From contig CAWJBB010000003.1 of the NCBI GenBank assembly GCA_963840855.1, forward strand, positions 32,001 to 96,000: DNA of 64,000 bases, given 5' to 3'. This document shows positions 31,854-41,901 of the stretch, piece by piece (position 1 is the stretch's first letter; the number at the start of each line of letters is the position of its first letter). A model generated the notes under the pieces. It saw only the letters and a program-made list of their open reading frames with translations, was not told the DNA's origin and did not search any database. A program made the translations under genes and the position numbers. The DNA comes from an uncultured delta proteobacterium. Lineage in GTDB: Bacteria; Desulfobacterota; Binatia; UBA9968.

Positions 31854-33175
31854 AGCGCCTTTTCTTTACTCGGAATCAGAGTCCCCACAGTTCGGCGGTC
31901 GCGGTCCAGGTATTGCCTCGCCACGCGGCGGATATCTTCGCGGGTAACACTGCGAATGCCATCGAGATAACTGTTCATGCGCTCCCAGCCGCCGGTGGCT
32001 TCATAGTAGCCAACCTTCATCGCCTGCCCGAAGATAGAATCCTGCGCGAAAATAAAGCTGGCTTCGATTTGATTCTTGGCCTTTTCCAGTTCTCGTTCGG
32101 TAATCAAATCCGCTTTCACCTTGTCCAGCAGTCTGTCGATCTCGCGCTCGACTTCCGCCGGCTCCTTGTCCGGCATCAGCTGGGCGCTGATGCTCAAGCC
32201 CGAAGGATCGATGGACACGCTGCTATAGTCAGCATCGACGCCGCGGGTGAGACGTTTCTGATAAACCAGGTCGTGGTAAAGCCGCGAGCTGCGCCCACCG
32301 GCGAGCACCACGGTCAAAACATCGAGGGCGAAGTTGTCGGGGTCATTCAGATTAGGCGCGTGGTAGAACATGAGCAGGAAGGGCAACTCCGCTTCTTTCT
32401 TCAAGATAACCCGCCGCTCCCCTTTCTGCGCCGGTTCCTGGACGCGCACTTTGGGCGGCTCGGGGCCGCGCGGAATCTTACCGTAGGCAGCCTTGATCTT
32501 CGGCAGAATTTCTTCCGTAGAAAAATCTCCGGTCACGACGATGAAAGCGTTGTTGGGCGAGTAATAGGTCCGATAGTAGTCCAGCAGGTCTTGGCGCGTC
32601 AGATTTTGGATATCCTCCATCCAGCCGATCACCGGGCGGCGATAAGGATGCACAGTGTAGGCCACCGCATTGGCGACTTCGGCCAGCGCCGAAACCGGAT
32701 CATCCTCGGTGCGCAGGCGCCGCTCTTCTTGAATCACGTTCTTTTCCGGCTCGAAATAGGTCTCGGCGAGAAGCGCCTGGGTCATGCGCTCCGCTTCCAA
32801 TTCTAACTGGATAGCGATTTTGTCGCGGCTCATGGTCGCGAAATAAACCGTCACATCCGTAGTCGTAAACGCGTTGGAGCGGCCGCCGTTCTTGGCGATA
32901 ATGCGCGAATATTCTTCCGGCTTGGTCTTCGGCGTGCCTTTGAACAGCATGTGCTCCAAAAAATGAGCCAGGCCGCTCTTGCCGTCTTTCTCGTTACGCG
33001 AGCCGACCCGGTACCAGACCTGGAAAGTCACCGCGGGGCTTTTGTGGTCTTCGAGCAGCAGGACTTTTAAGCCGTTGTCGAGCACGAATTCGCGCACGTC
33101 GGTTGCATGACCCGGTGCGGCACCAAACGTTAGCGAGAGCAAGACAGAAATCGATGTGAGAAAGAATCGGCGCAT
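31850..33175 (-). CDS. M16 family zinc peptidase, catalytic subunit
   Basis: GLAHFLEHMLFKGT, NAFTT, EERR, HPY; signal peptide; 4-bp overlap with its partner. Confidence 0.93.
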   Translation of the reverse strand: MRRFFLTSISVLLSLTFGAAPGHATDVREFVLDNGLKVLLLEDHKSPAVTFQVWYRVGSRNEKDGKSGLAHFLEHMLFKGTPKTKPEEYSRIIAKNGGRSNAFTTTDVTVYFATMSRDKIAIQLELEAERMTQALLAETYFEPEKNVIQEERRLRTEDDPVSALAEVANAVAYTVHPYRRPVIGWMEDIQNLTRQDLLDYYRTYYSPNNAFIVVTGDFSTEEILPKIKAAYGKIPRGPEPPKVRVQEPAQKGERRVILKKEAELPFLLMFYHAPNLNDPDNFALDVLTVVLAGGRSSRLYHDLVYQKRLTRGVDADYSSVSIDPSGLSISAQLMPDKEPAEVEREIDRLLDKVKADLITERELEKAKNQIEASFIFAQDSIFGQAMKVGYYEATGGWERMNSYLDGIRSVTREDIRRVARQYLDRDRRTVGTLIPSKEKAL

Positions 33176-33269
33176 GATCAATTTAAGGTAAAGCAAGCGG
33201 CAGCAAAGTCAAGGGAAGTTCGGGTACCACTCGCACTGTATGGCAGAAGGGAAAGCCGACAATCGAGGA

Positions 33270-33380
33270 TGGACGATTGAGCACCACCGCCATTGTAATA
33301 TTGCTCACGCCCGACGCGAAAAAACCGGCGAGCATGCACACCGCGACGATGCGCCAACCGTAGAAGAAGGAAAATCTCAC
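33270..33380 (-). pseudogene. N-terminal fragment of an MFS transporter
   Basis: FFYGWRIVAVCMLAGFFASG resembles a common MFS TM1 start; similarity stops after about 35 codons. Confidence 0.55.
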
Positions 33381-33488
33381 GTTTCGGTCATGGCATGAAT
33401 CGATAGGCTAATCCACCGCCTGGCGCGCGGGGGTTATGTTGACACCTCCGACCCATCCCAATAGTATGACATCTGGAATAAGGAGGAG

Positions 33489-34927
33489 ATGATGCCAGAC
33501 GTAACAGACATGCGTGGATATGTGGAGCTTCTTGAGGAAATGGGCGAGCTGCGCAAGCTCGACGGCGCGGATCTGAATCTCGAAGTAGGCGCGCTGACGG
33601 AGCGCGCGGCAGAAAAACAAGGTGCCGGCGTTGCTCTTCGATAATTTCAAAAATTATCCCGCGGGCTTTCGCGTGATTTCCAACGTATTCCGCACCTGCA
33701 AGCGCACCGGGCCGGCGATGGGCATCGACCCTGAGCTTGACGGTGTCGCCTATCTCCATGCCTGGCGCAAAAAACTCGCCGCTTACAAACCCGTACCGGT
33801 GCAGCAAGTCGAAGGCGGCCCGGTATTTGAGAACCAAATGGCGGGTGACCAGGTCGATCTTTATAAGTTCCCCGTGCCCAAGTGGCATGATCTCGATGGC
33901 GGACCCTACATTGGCACCGGCTGCGGCGTCATCACCAAAGATCCTGAAACCGGCAAGATCAACGTCGGCACTTACCGTGTCATGGTCCAGAACAAGAACA
34001 CCTTGTCGGTAAAAATGAACATGGGGAAACATGGCAGAATGGCATTTGAACGCGCCCGCGACGCCAGCAAGCCTTTGCCCATCGCGATCACGCTGTGCCA
34101 GGGGCCGGCGGTGTTTCTCGCCGCGCAAATGCCGCTGCCTCCGGATGTTAACGAGCTTGAATTTGCCGGCTATCTGCAAGGCTCGCCGGTGCCCGTTGTC
34201 CGCGGCGCCGTGACCGGTCTGCCGATTCCGGCCAATGCCGAAATCGTCATCGAAGGCGAAATGCCGCCGATGAAAGACGAAGACATGCCCAAGGAAGGTC
34301 CCTTTGGCGAATGGCCGGGATATTTCACCGACGAGAACGTCGGCGAGACGCCGATCATGAACGTAAAACGCATCTACTATCGCAACGATCCGATCCTACT
34401 CGGCGCCCCGCCGCTGAAGCCGCCTGCGAGTTATCTGCCGATTCCACTCGGCGCCGCGACGCTCTGGGAGCAATTGGAGAAAGCGGGGATTCCCGAAGTT
34501 AAGGGTGTGTGGGGTTTTGTCTACGGCGGACAGCCTGGCCCCTTCACCATCATCGCCATCAAGCAACGTTACGCCGGTCATTCGAAACAGGCTCTGTTGG
34601 TCGCCGCGGGCGCCCGCGCCGGAGCCTATGGCGGAAAGTTTGTCGTGGTGGTGGACGATGACATCGATATCGCCAATCCCGCCGACGTGATTTGGGCGAT
34701 TGCCACCCGCTGCCATGTGCGCGAAGGGCTCGACGTCGTGAAGGGTGTGTGGGCGTCGGTGTGCGAACCGGCGCTGCCGCCGGAGGAACGCTCGCCGCGG
34801 GGCTATACCTCGGACCGCGTACTGATCGACGCTTGCCGGCCGTATAAATGGATGGACCAGTTCCCTGCCGGTAAACGCCTTCACTAAGGAATTCAAAGAC
34901 AAGATTGAAGGAAAGTGGAAAATCTAG
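33489..34927 (+). CDS. UbiD-family (prFMN) decarboxylase, two +1 frameshifts (near 33623 and 34870)
   Basis: RBS AGGAGG then MMPDVTDMRGYVELLEEMGEL; PALLFD, DGGPYIG, NVGTYR, EGPFGEWPGY, VVVDDDID. Removing one base near 34870 restores FPAVNAFTKEFKDKIEGKWKI*. Confidence 0.9.
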
Positions 34928-35031
34928 CGGCTCCTTCGAAGGTAAGCTTTTTGTAATGAACTAGCCGTTCAGCCGTCAAAAACAGATTAGATGTAAATCC
35001 CCAGCCCGGTTGTAAACAGGAGGCTTAAAAA

Positions 35032-35670
35032 ATGGGCACTATCGAAGCATTGAGCCTCGCCATGGGAACCGCCTGGACTTCCGGCATCAACCTCTATGCC
35101 ACCGTAGCGGCGCTGGGCATCGCGGGCCGGTCGGAAATGATTCACCTGCCGCCGGAATTGCAGGTGCTCACCCACCCCGCCGTTATTGCCATCGCCTGCA
35201 TTATGTACGTTATCGAGTTTTTCGCCGACAAAGTGCCTTACGTCGATAGCGGCTGGGACATTTTGCATACTTTCATCCGTGTGCCTGCGGGGGCGATCCT
35301 CGCCGCGAAATCTCTGGGCGACATGAATCCTGCTCTGGAGCTTGCGGCGCTGCTCGCCGGCGGCACGGTGGCGCTGGCGGCTCACGGCACGAAAGCCACC
35401 GTACGCCTGGCAATCAATACGAGTCCTGAGCCCTTCAGCAACTGGGCGGCCAGCTTCGCCGAGGATGTGACGGTCTTGGGCAGCATCTGGATGGTCTTCA
35501 ACCATCCGATACTGATGTTAATTCTCGTCGTAAGCTTTATGGCCCTCGTGGTATGGTTAGTGCCAAAACTATTTCGCCTCGCCAAGCGGGGCTTTCAGGT
35601 ACTACGCGACCGGTTGCGCGGGGTAAAGCCGGACCATCCCGCGCCAACGGGCTCGCCGCAAATCGGTTGA
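35032..35670 (+). CDS. DUF4126-family membrane protein
   Basis: SGINLYA, EFFADKVPYVDSGWD..HTFIR, INTSPEPFSNW. Confidence 0.85.
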   Translation: MGTIEALSLAMGTAWTSGINLYATVAALGIAGRSEMIHLPPELQVLTHPAVIAIACIMYVIEFFADKVPYVDSGWDILHTFIRVPAGAILAAKSLGDMNPALELAALLAGGTVALAAHGTKATVRLAINTSPEPFSNWAASFAEDVTVLGSIWMVFNHPILMLILVVSFMALVVWLVPKLFRLAKRGFQVLRDRLRGVKPDHPAPTGSPQIG

Positions 35671-35730
35671 CGGAAGCTCAATTCACGGCCCAAACAAGAT
35701 AAGTGATTGCTGAATCATAACGACCGTCCT

Positions 35731-36591
35731 ATGGAAACAGCAAAGAATAAACAGCCGGCGGACGCCCTGCCCGCCACCCCACTCACCCTCGACGGCTCCT
35801 ATATTTTGCATCAGATGTTCCGCTTGCGCTGGGCGGCATGGCGTTCGCTGGCGGCGTCGGACCAAAAAAGAATTCTTGACCGCGCCATGGCCAGGTTCGG
35901 CGATTGGGAACGGAACAAAGAGGAGCCGAGCGCGCTGTTTTCGCTATTGAGCCACAAGGGCGACCTGATGATCGTTCATTTTCGCCAAACCCTCGACGAT
36001 CTCAATCACGTCGAGCTCCAGCTGGCCCACTCCAGATTTAGCGAGTTTCTCGAACCGGTAACGTCTTATCTCTCAGTCGTTGAGCTAGGGCTCTACGAGG
36101 CGTCGGTCAAACTTTACAGCGAGTTGGTTGAAAAGGGCGTGCGCCCAGGCACCGCCGAGTGGAACCGCGAGGTGGAAGCGGAACTCGCCAGACAACGCCA
36201 AGCCGCGGCGCCGCGGCTCTGGCCGGAAATCCCCCAGCGCCGTTATCTGTGCTTTTATCCGATGAACAAATTCCGCGGCGAAATCAAGAACTGGTATAGC
36301 GAGCCCATCGACCAGCGCCAACGCATGATGCGCGAGCATGGCATGATCGGCCGCCACTACGCCGGGCGGGTCACGCAGATCATTTCCGGTTCCATCGGTT
36401 TCGACGACTGGGAATGGGGCGTCGATCTTTTCGCCGACGATCCGCTGGTATTTAAAAAACTCGTCTACGAGATGCGCTTCGACGAAGCCAGCGCGGTGTA
36501 TGGGCTGTTCGGGACTTTCTTCGTGGGGCTGCGCTTCCCGGCGAGCCACCTCGGCGCCCTCCTCGAAGGCAAAACACCGGCCTTTGCATAG
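35731..36591 (+). CDS. hemQ: Coproheme decarboxylase ChdC/HemQ (chlorite dismutase family)
   Basis: CFYPMNK, NWY, HGMIGR, QIISGSIGFDDWEWGVDLF, YEMRFDEASA. Confidence 0.85.
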   Translation: METAKNKQPADALPATPLTLDGSYILHQMFRLRWAAWRSLAASDQKRILDRAMARFGDWERNKEEPSALFSLLSHKGDLMIVHFRQTLDDLNHVELQLAHSRFSEFLEPVTSYLSVVELGLYEASVKLYSELVEKGVRPGTAEWNREVEAELARQRQAAAPRLWPEIPQRRYLCFYPMNKFRGEIKNWYSEPIDQRQRMMREHGMIGRHYAGRVTQIISGSIGFDDWEWGVDLFADDPLVFKKLVYEMRFDEASAVYGLFGTFFVGLRFPASHLGALLEGKTPAFA

Positions 36592-36653
36592 CCGCTCGCG
36601 CGCTCAAAGACGAAACCCAGTTCCTCTGAAACGACCGATGCAGCGGAGGCTCC

Positions 36654-37415
36654 ATGAGACTCAAAGACAAAGTTGCCATTATCACCGGCGCGGCCCATGG
36701 TATCGGCAAAGCCTACGCGCGGCGTTTTGCCGAAGAGGGGGCGCATGTAGTGATCGCCGACATCGATGCGCAGGGCGGTGAAGCCACCGCTAAGGCCATC
36801 ATCGATAGCGGTTTTTCAGCGTGGGCGCGCGGGACCGACGTGAGGGACTTCGCGAACCTGCAAAGTTTGATGCAGGAGACCGTGACAAGATATGACCGTG
36901 TCGATGTCCTGCTCAACAATGCGGCGATTTACGTGACGCAAAAACTTTGGAAAGGTCCGGTGGAGGAATTGGCGATCGGCGAGTGGGACCGCGTTATTGA
37001 AGTCAATCTCAAGGGTGTCTTTCTCTGCTGCAAAGCGGCGATCCCGATCATGAAGCAACAGAAGAGCGGCAAGATAATCAATATCGCCTCGGGGACGTTT
37101 TTCAGCGGCTCAGGCGACATGCCGCATTATACGACGGCCAAGGGCGGGGTGGTGGCGCTCACTCGAGTGATGGCACGGCAACTCGGCGAATGGGGCATTA
37201 ACGTGAACTGCATGACGCCGGGCTCGACCATGAGCGAAGACATTGTCACGGCGGACGTGCTCGCGCGGCGCGAAGGCGGGATGGACAAGCGCGCGTTCAA
37301 ACGCGTAGAAATTCCCGCAGATATCGTTGGCACCGCCCTCTTTCTGGCCAGCTCGGACAGTGATTTCGTCACCGGTCAATTGCTGGTGGTGGAGGGCGGC
37401 GGGATCATGCATTAG
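36654..37415 (+). CDS. Short-chain dehydrogenase/reductase (FabG-like)
   Basis: TGAAHGIG, NNAA, YTTAK catalytic motif. Confidence 0.92.
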   Translation: MRLKDKVAIITGAAHGIGKAYARRFAEEGAHVVIADIDAQGGEATAKAIIDSGFSAWARGTDVRDFANLQSLMQETVTRYDRVDVLLNNAAIYVTQKLWKGPVEELAIGEWDRVIEVNLKGVFLCCKAAIPIMKQQKSGKIINIASGTFFSGSGDMPHYTTAKGGVVALTRVMARQLGEWGINVNCMTPGSTMSEDIVTADVLARREGGMDKRAFKRVEIPADIVGTALFLASSDSDFVTGQLLVVEGGGIMH

Positions 37416-37483
37416 GGTTTCAGTTCAAGGTTCCGGAGGCAAACTTCGGACCTGAGACTCTAGACTTCCCTGAATCCCGAAGA

Positions 37484-37984
37484 TTACACAGCTTTATAAG
37501 GCAACCGTTTCATTTTCTGGGTATTCTTGCCCTCGATGCGGATCAGTCCCGTGGTGGCCGTCCGTTTCGGCGAGTGCACGTCGCCTTCGTTATAGATATG
37601 CGCCATGCCGGGCTTCAGTGAATAGACCCGCGCGCGACGAACTTTTCCCGGTTGCGCTTCTTTCGGCGCCTCGAGCACCTCCCAGTCGCTCATTTCGGTT
37701 TCGCCGATGGCCTGTCCGTAAATCGCCCACGAAGAACCATGATCATGGGGATTGGCCTCCTTGGCGCCGTGGCTCATATGGGCGCAGATACAGAATCCCA
37801 GCTCTGGGTCCTCGTAGACCACCTGGCGGTCCGGCGTGCGCTCATTGAGATATTGGCCGGTAAACTTTTCATCCTTAAGCGCGTCCTCCACCAGCAGACG
37901 CACTTTTTCGCGTCCGGCGGGACTGGGGTCTGCCTTCAGAAGACGTTGGCATTCCGCCGCAAAGGTTTCGATCGTGTATCCCAT
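37484..37984 (-). CDS. Cupin, cysteine/thiol-dioxygenase-like
   Basis: PHDHGSSWAIYG plus a later GDVHSP give a 3-His-like cupin. Start at ATG 37984. Confidence 0.65.
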   Translation of the reverse strand: MGYTIETFAAECQRLLKADPSPAGREKVRLLVEDALKDEKFTGQYLNERTPDRQVVYEDPELGFCICAHMSHGAKEANPHDHGSSWAIYGQAIGETEMSDWEVLEAPKEAQPGKVRRARVYSLKPGMAHIYNEGDVHSPKRTATTGLIRIEGKNTQKMKRLPYKAV

Positions 37985-38222
37985 TTGGTTCCCCTCTCTA
38001 AAATCAATCTGACGCCTGTTTATCAGGATCCCATGCTCCGCGTCAATTGTTGAGAGCGACAATACTGATTCGTCTTGCCTGGGAGCTTCGCGACGTCGAG
38101 AAATTCGATTGCTATTGCAGGGCGTGGCGGGAATCGACCCTTAGCGCCAATGAAGAAAAATTTCACATGCACGGAAAAGATCAACGGCACCCGCACGCGG
38201 ACCGGCCGTGGGCGGCGCTCAT

Positions 38223-38663
38223 CTACCGTCGCTTCTGGACCATTAGGACGCACATGTCGAAGATCGCCGACCCCGGCCGATCATCGACGACATGTTCGCC
38301 TTCGCGCGTGACGTATTCCACTCGAAACAAGGAATCCTCAATCCTAACGTCGTTATTCGATATCCGAATCAAATTAGAACCATACTTGTCGAGAAAATCG
38401 CCGATAGCCCGTAACATCTGCGCTTGATGCAAAAATTCTTTTTCAGCCTCCTTACCGCGCTGGGATTCGCCCGAACGGTCGAGGAATTCAATATCCGCCG
38501 GCGTATACCGAATAATTTCCGTCGTCCCGGCGGGAGGCTCCTGATAGCCGCAGAGCGCCATGAAGTGACTCCCTTCCGGCTTGATATCGAAAGTTTTTAG
38601 CCTACGCTGCACTAAGTCTTGCGCTATACAGCGCAGGGCAATGGAATAAATGACTTCCGCCAT
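38223..38663 (-). CDS. Hypothetical protein
   Basis: RBS GGAGG and a 146-aa ORF with internal pseudo-repeat (LRCIAQDL / LRAIGDFL); no family recognised. Confidence 0.7.
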   Translation of the reverse strand: MAEVIYSIALRCIAQDLVQRRLKTFDIKPEGSHFMALCGYQEPPAGTTEIIRYTPADIEFLDRSGESQRGKEAEKEFLHQAQMLRAIGDFLDKYGSNLIRISNNDVRIEDSLFRVEYVTREGEHVVDDRPGSAIFDMCVLMVQKRR

Positions 38664-38783
38664 ATGCTTCCTCCGTCCAGGCTCGACCGGTTCCAAGGTG
38701 CGGTGATCAAAACTCCGGGAGCGACTCCGTTACATGATATCTCACCGCCGCCGAAGCTAAAATTCAGCGTTAGAGTAGTATCT

Positions 38784-38810
38784 ATATCGGCGCGCCCAAA
38801 AGAATGTTCA
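38784..38810 (-). promoter_or_regulatory. Possible sigma28-type promoter for the hypothetical gene
   Basis: TGAA-N15-GCCGATAT. Confidence 0.45.
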
Positions 38811-38851
38811 GTTGACGGCTAGCAATGGCGGGATTCTCCTGGCAATTCACG

Positions 38852-39496
38852 CTATTTGGGAACAGCGGGGAGCGCGTCCATGACGCCGATCATGCTGTCG
38901 CGGGTGACCAGTTTTTCCAGCTCCATCGCGCTTAAGTGCTCCGTCCCCTGCGGACGCAGGGGCAACACGAGATAGCGAATATCCGCGGTGCTATCATGCA
39001 CGCGCACCTCGACGTCATCGGGCGGAACCAGGCCAAACTCGCGCATCACCCCGCGCGGATCGTTCACAGAGCGCTGGCGATAGTTGAAGCTTTTGTACCA
39101 ATCGGGCGGTCGCCCGAGAATCGGACGGGGATAACAGGAGCACAGCGTGCAGACTACCATATGCCGCACCTTCTCGGTATTTTCCAAGACGACGAACTCA
39201 TTGATGCTTGTGGCATCGATTCCCAGCTCCAAGCAAGCCGCCTTGGGATCCGCGATAAGCCGCGCTTTGTAAGCCGGATCAATCCACGCTCGGGCGACGA
39301 TTTTCGCGCCGTTAGCCGGCGAACGCGCTTCCTGGTATTCGATCTGACACCGGATATCGTGCTCGGTGAGCAGGCCCTTTTCGAGCAGCAATTCGCGAAT
39401 CGCGTAAACCCGTCGGGCGACAGCGCTTAACTCGTGCTTGGGGTGCTCGTGACCGTGCGCGTCATTAGATTGATCGACGGAATGATCTACGCTCAT
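38852..39496 (-). CDS. Co-type nitrile hydratase alpha / thiocyanate hydrolase gamma subunit
   Basis: VVCTLCSCYPRPILG metal-binding motif, GAKIVARAW, VHDSTAD.RYLVLP. Confidence 0.92.
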   Translation of the reverse strand: MSVDHSVDQSNDAHGHEHPKHELSAVARRVYAIRELLLEKGLLTEHDIRCQIEYQEARSPANGAKIVARAWIDPAYKARLIADPKAACLELGIDATSINEFVVLENTEKVRHMVVCTLCSCYPRPILGRPPDWYKSFNYRQRSVNDPRGVMREFGLVPPDDVEVRVHDSTADIRYLVLPLRPQGTEHLSAMELEKLVTRDSMIGVMDALPAVPK

Positions 39497-39509
39497 GGAC
39501 CTATCCTCC

Positions 39510-39803
39510 TCAATTTGCGGGCTCCAACCAGTGTTCAAAAATGTCGACTAATAATTTGTCGCGCTTGACGTCGTACCGCTGCCAGACGTCACCTTGCTGA
39601 AATGCCACCAAATAGAGGACCTTCTTTGGCAAGCCGTCGCCTCCATGTCCCAAGGACTCTGGATTCAGAAACTCGCCGTGGATGCGTTCGACCCAACCGG
39701 TCTTGCCGCGGATATACCACGGCGTGCGTATATGGCCCGGCCTGTCTTCGAAACGAACCTGAACCCGATCGCCCGCCTTGAACTTAGCGCCGCTTGTACT
39801 CAT
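39510..39803 (-). CDS. Nitrile hydratase beta C-terminal (SH3-like) / thiocyanate hydrolase alpha subunit
   Basis: FKAGDRV, GHIRTPWYIRGKTG, LYLVAF..DVW..Y, DIFEHWL; ATGA overlap with the upstream gene. Confidence 0.9.
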   Translation of the reverse strand: MSTSGAKFKAGDRVQVRFEDRPGHIRTPWYIRGKTGWVERIHGEFLNPESLGHGGDGLPKKVLYLVAFQQGDVWQRYDVKRDKLLVDIFEHWLEPAN

Positions 39804-40111
39804 GGCTCGCCCCATTTTTTTTCAAACTCGGCGAGTTTGCGATCGATCTCATCTCGCGTCAAAATTTTCTTCTCGATTAGAATTGTCTCCATGCTCGCTA
39901 TCCATCGTTCGTAATAACTCATGTCATGATAGGCGCCGGACTCCATCTCCTCGCGCACGCGGCGCAACTCATCGGTGCGCCGGATCCCCTTGGCGCCCAA
40001 TGCTTGATTGATCGCGTCGGCTAGTATTTCCCAATCGGAGAGTTCGTGCTGCGACTGGTCTATCGGACCCGCGCCCGGAAGTCCGCCGATATCATGATGA
40101 CCTCGCGCCAT
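39800..40111 (-). CDS. Nitrile hydratase beta N-terminal / thiocyanate hydrolase beta subunit
   Basis: HDIGG, WE, DELRR, YYERW; RBS GGAGG. Confidence 0.9.
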   Translation of the reverse strand: MARGHHDIGGLPGAGPIDQSQHELSDWEILADAINQALGAKGIRRTDELRRVREEMESGAYHDMSYYERWIASMETILIEKKILTRDEIDRKLAEFEKKWGEP

Positions 40112-40128
40112 GGGACACCTCCGGTATC

Positions 40129-41901
40129 TCAATCCTTGAGACGGTTGGCGAGGGAGCTGTGCTCCTCCTTCAAGCCCGCCGGCAAATGGTCGCCGAAGGT
40201 ATCGAAGAAGCTGCTCTGGCTTTTGAGATTAGTTTTCCATGCCTCGCGGTCGACGGCGACCAGTTGATCGACATCGGACCTGGATACTTCGAGTCCTGGA
40301 CCGCTCAAGCTCGAGGCTTTCGGTAAATAACCGATAGCCGTCTCGTCCGCTTGGCCGCCGCCCTTTGCGCGCTCGATGACCCAGCGAAGCACGCGCAGGT
40401 TCTCGCCGAAACCGGGCCAGAGAAACCTGCCGCGCTCGTTGCGCTGGAACCAGTTGATGCGGAAGATTTTTGGCGGATTGGTCGCCCGCTTGCCCATCGA
40501 TAGCCAATGGCCCCAGTAATCGCCCATGTTGTAGCCGCAGAAGGGCAGCATCGCCATGGGATCACGCCGCACCACCCCCACCGCGCCCGTAGCTGCCGCG
40601 GTGGTCTCGGACGCCAAAGTCGCCCCCAGAAACGTACCATGCTGCCAGTCGAAGGATTGGTAGACGAGCGGAATCAATTTTTGCCGCCGTGCGCCGAAAA
40701 GAATCGCGCTGATAGGGACGCCTTCGGGCTTTTCCCATTGCGGTGAAAAAGTCGGGGTCTGCTTGAGAGAAACCGTGAAGCGGGCGTTGGGGTGCGCCGC
40801 CGGATGGCCGCCTTCGGGGTCCCATGGTTTGCCGCGCCAATCCTGAGCGTTGGCAGGCACCGGGTCGTCGTGGCCTTCCCACCAGACGGTGCCATCGGAG
40901 CGTAGCGCGACGTTAGTGAAGATCGTGTCCTTTTTCACCGTCTGCACGGCGTTGGGGTTGGTGTTGGAGCCGGTTCCCGGCGCCACGCCGAAAATCCCCG
41001 CCTCCGGGTTGATCGCCCATAACCGGCCATCCGCACCGACGCGCAGCCACGAGATATCATCGCCAATGGTGTGAATCTTCCAGCCCGGCATGCTCGCCGG
41101 CGGCACTAACATTGCCATATTGGTCTTGCCGCAGGCGCTCGGAAAAGCGCCGCAGATATACGTGATTTCGCCGTCCGGGCTTTCGACACCGACGATGAGC
41201 ATATGCTCGGCGAGCCAACCTTCCTTCTGGCCGAGCTTGCTGGCGATGCGCAGGGCCAAACACTTTTTGGCCAGCAAAGCGTTGCCGCCGTAGCCTGAGC
41301 CCACGCTCCAGATCGTATTGTCCTGCGGATAATGGCAAATAAAGCGTCTTTCAATATCGAGATCGGCCTTCGAATGGAGACCGCGCGTAAAATCATCGGA
41401 ATTCCCCAAGTGATCGAGGGCGACGTTGCCCATGCGCGTCATGATGCGCATGTTGAGCACGACATAGACGCTGTCGGTGACTTGAATGCCGACTTTACTG
41501 AAGGGCGAGCCATGAGGCCCCATGAGAAACGGGATCACATACATCGTGCGGCCGCGCATGGCGCCGCGAAAGATTTTGCCGAGCTTGTCGTAGGACTCCG
41601 CCGGCGCCATCCAATTATTATTGGGTCCGGCCTCGTCCTTGTCCTCGGTGCAGACGAAGGTAAGATTCTCCGTGCGCGCCACGTCGTTGAGCGCGCTGCG
41701 GTGCAGATAACAACCGGGCAGAGCTTGTTGGTTCAACGGTATCAGATCGCCGCACTCGACGGCGACCCGGGTAAGACGCTCCTTTTCTTCTTCGCTACCA
41801 TCACACCAGAAAACATCGTCGGGCTGGCACAGCGCCGCCACTTCTTTGACCCACTGTTGAATCGAGGCGTTCGAAGGCGCCGTTCCCATCGCGTTACTCA
41901 T
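40129..41901 (-). CDS. pckG: Phosphoenolpyruvate carboxykinase (GTP)
   Basis: GSGYGGNALL, WLAEHM, AFPSACGKTN, GDDI, AHPNARF, DPMAMLPF. Confidence 0.97.
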   Translation of the reverse strand: MSNAMGTAPSNASIQQWVKEVAALCQPDDVFWCDGSEEEKERLTRVAVECGDLIPLNQQALPGCYLHRSALNDVARTENLTFVCTEDKDEAGPNNNWMAPAESYDKLGKIFRGAMRGRTMYVIPFLMGPHGSPFSKVGIQVTDSVYVVLNMRIMTRMGNVALDHLGNSDDFTRGLHSKADLDIERRFICHYPQDNTIWSVGSGYGGNALLAKKCLALRIASKLGQKEGWLAEHMLIVGVESPDGEITYICGAFPSACGKTNMAMLVPPASMPGWKIHTIGDDISWLRVGADGRLWAINPEAGIFGVAPGTGSNTNPNAVQTVKKDTIFTNVALRSDGTVWWEGHDDPVPANAQDWRGKPWDPEGGHPAAHPNARFTVSLKQTPTFSPQWEKPEGVPISAILFGARRQKLIPLVYQSFDWQHGTFLGATLASETTAAATGAVGVVRRDPMAMLPFCGYNMGDYWGHWLSMGKRATNPPKIFRINWFQRNERGRFLWPGFGENLRVLRWVIERAKGGGQADETAIGYLPKASSLSGPGLEVSRSDVDQLVAVDREAWKTNLKSQSSFFDTFGDHLPAGLKEEHSSLANRLKD

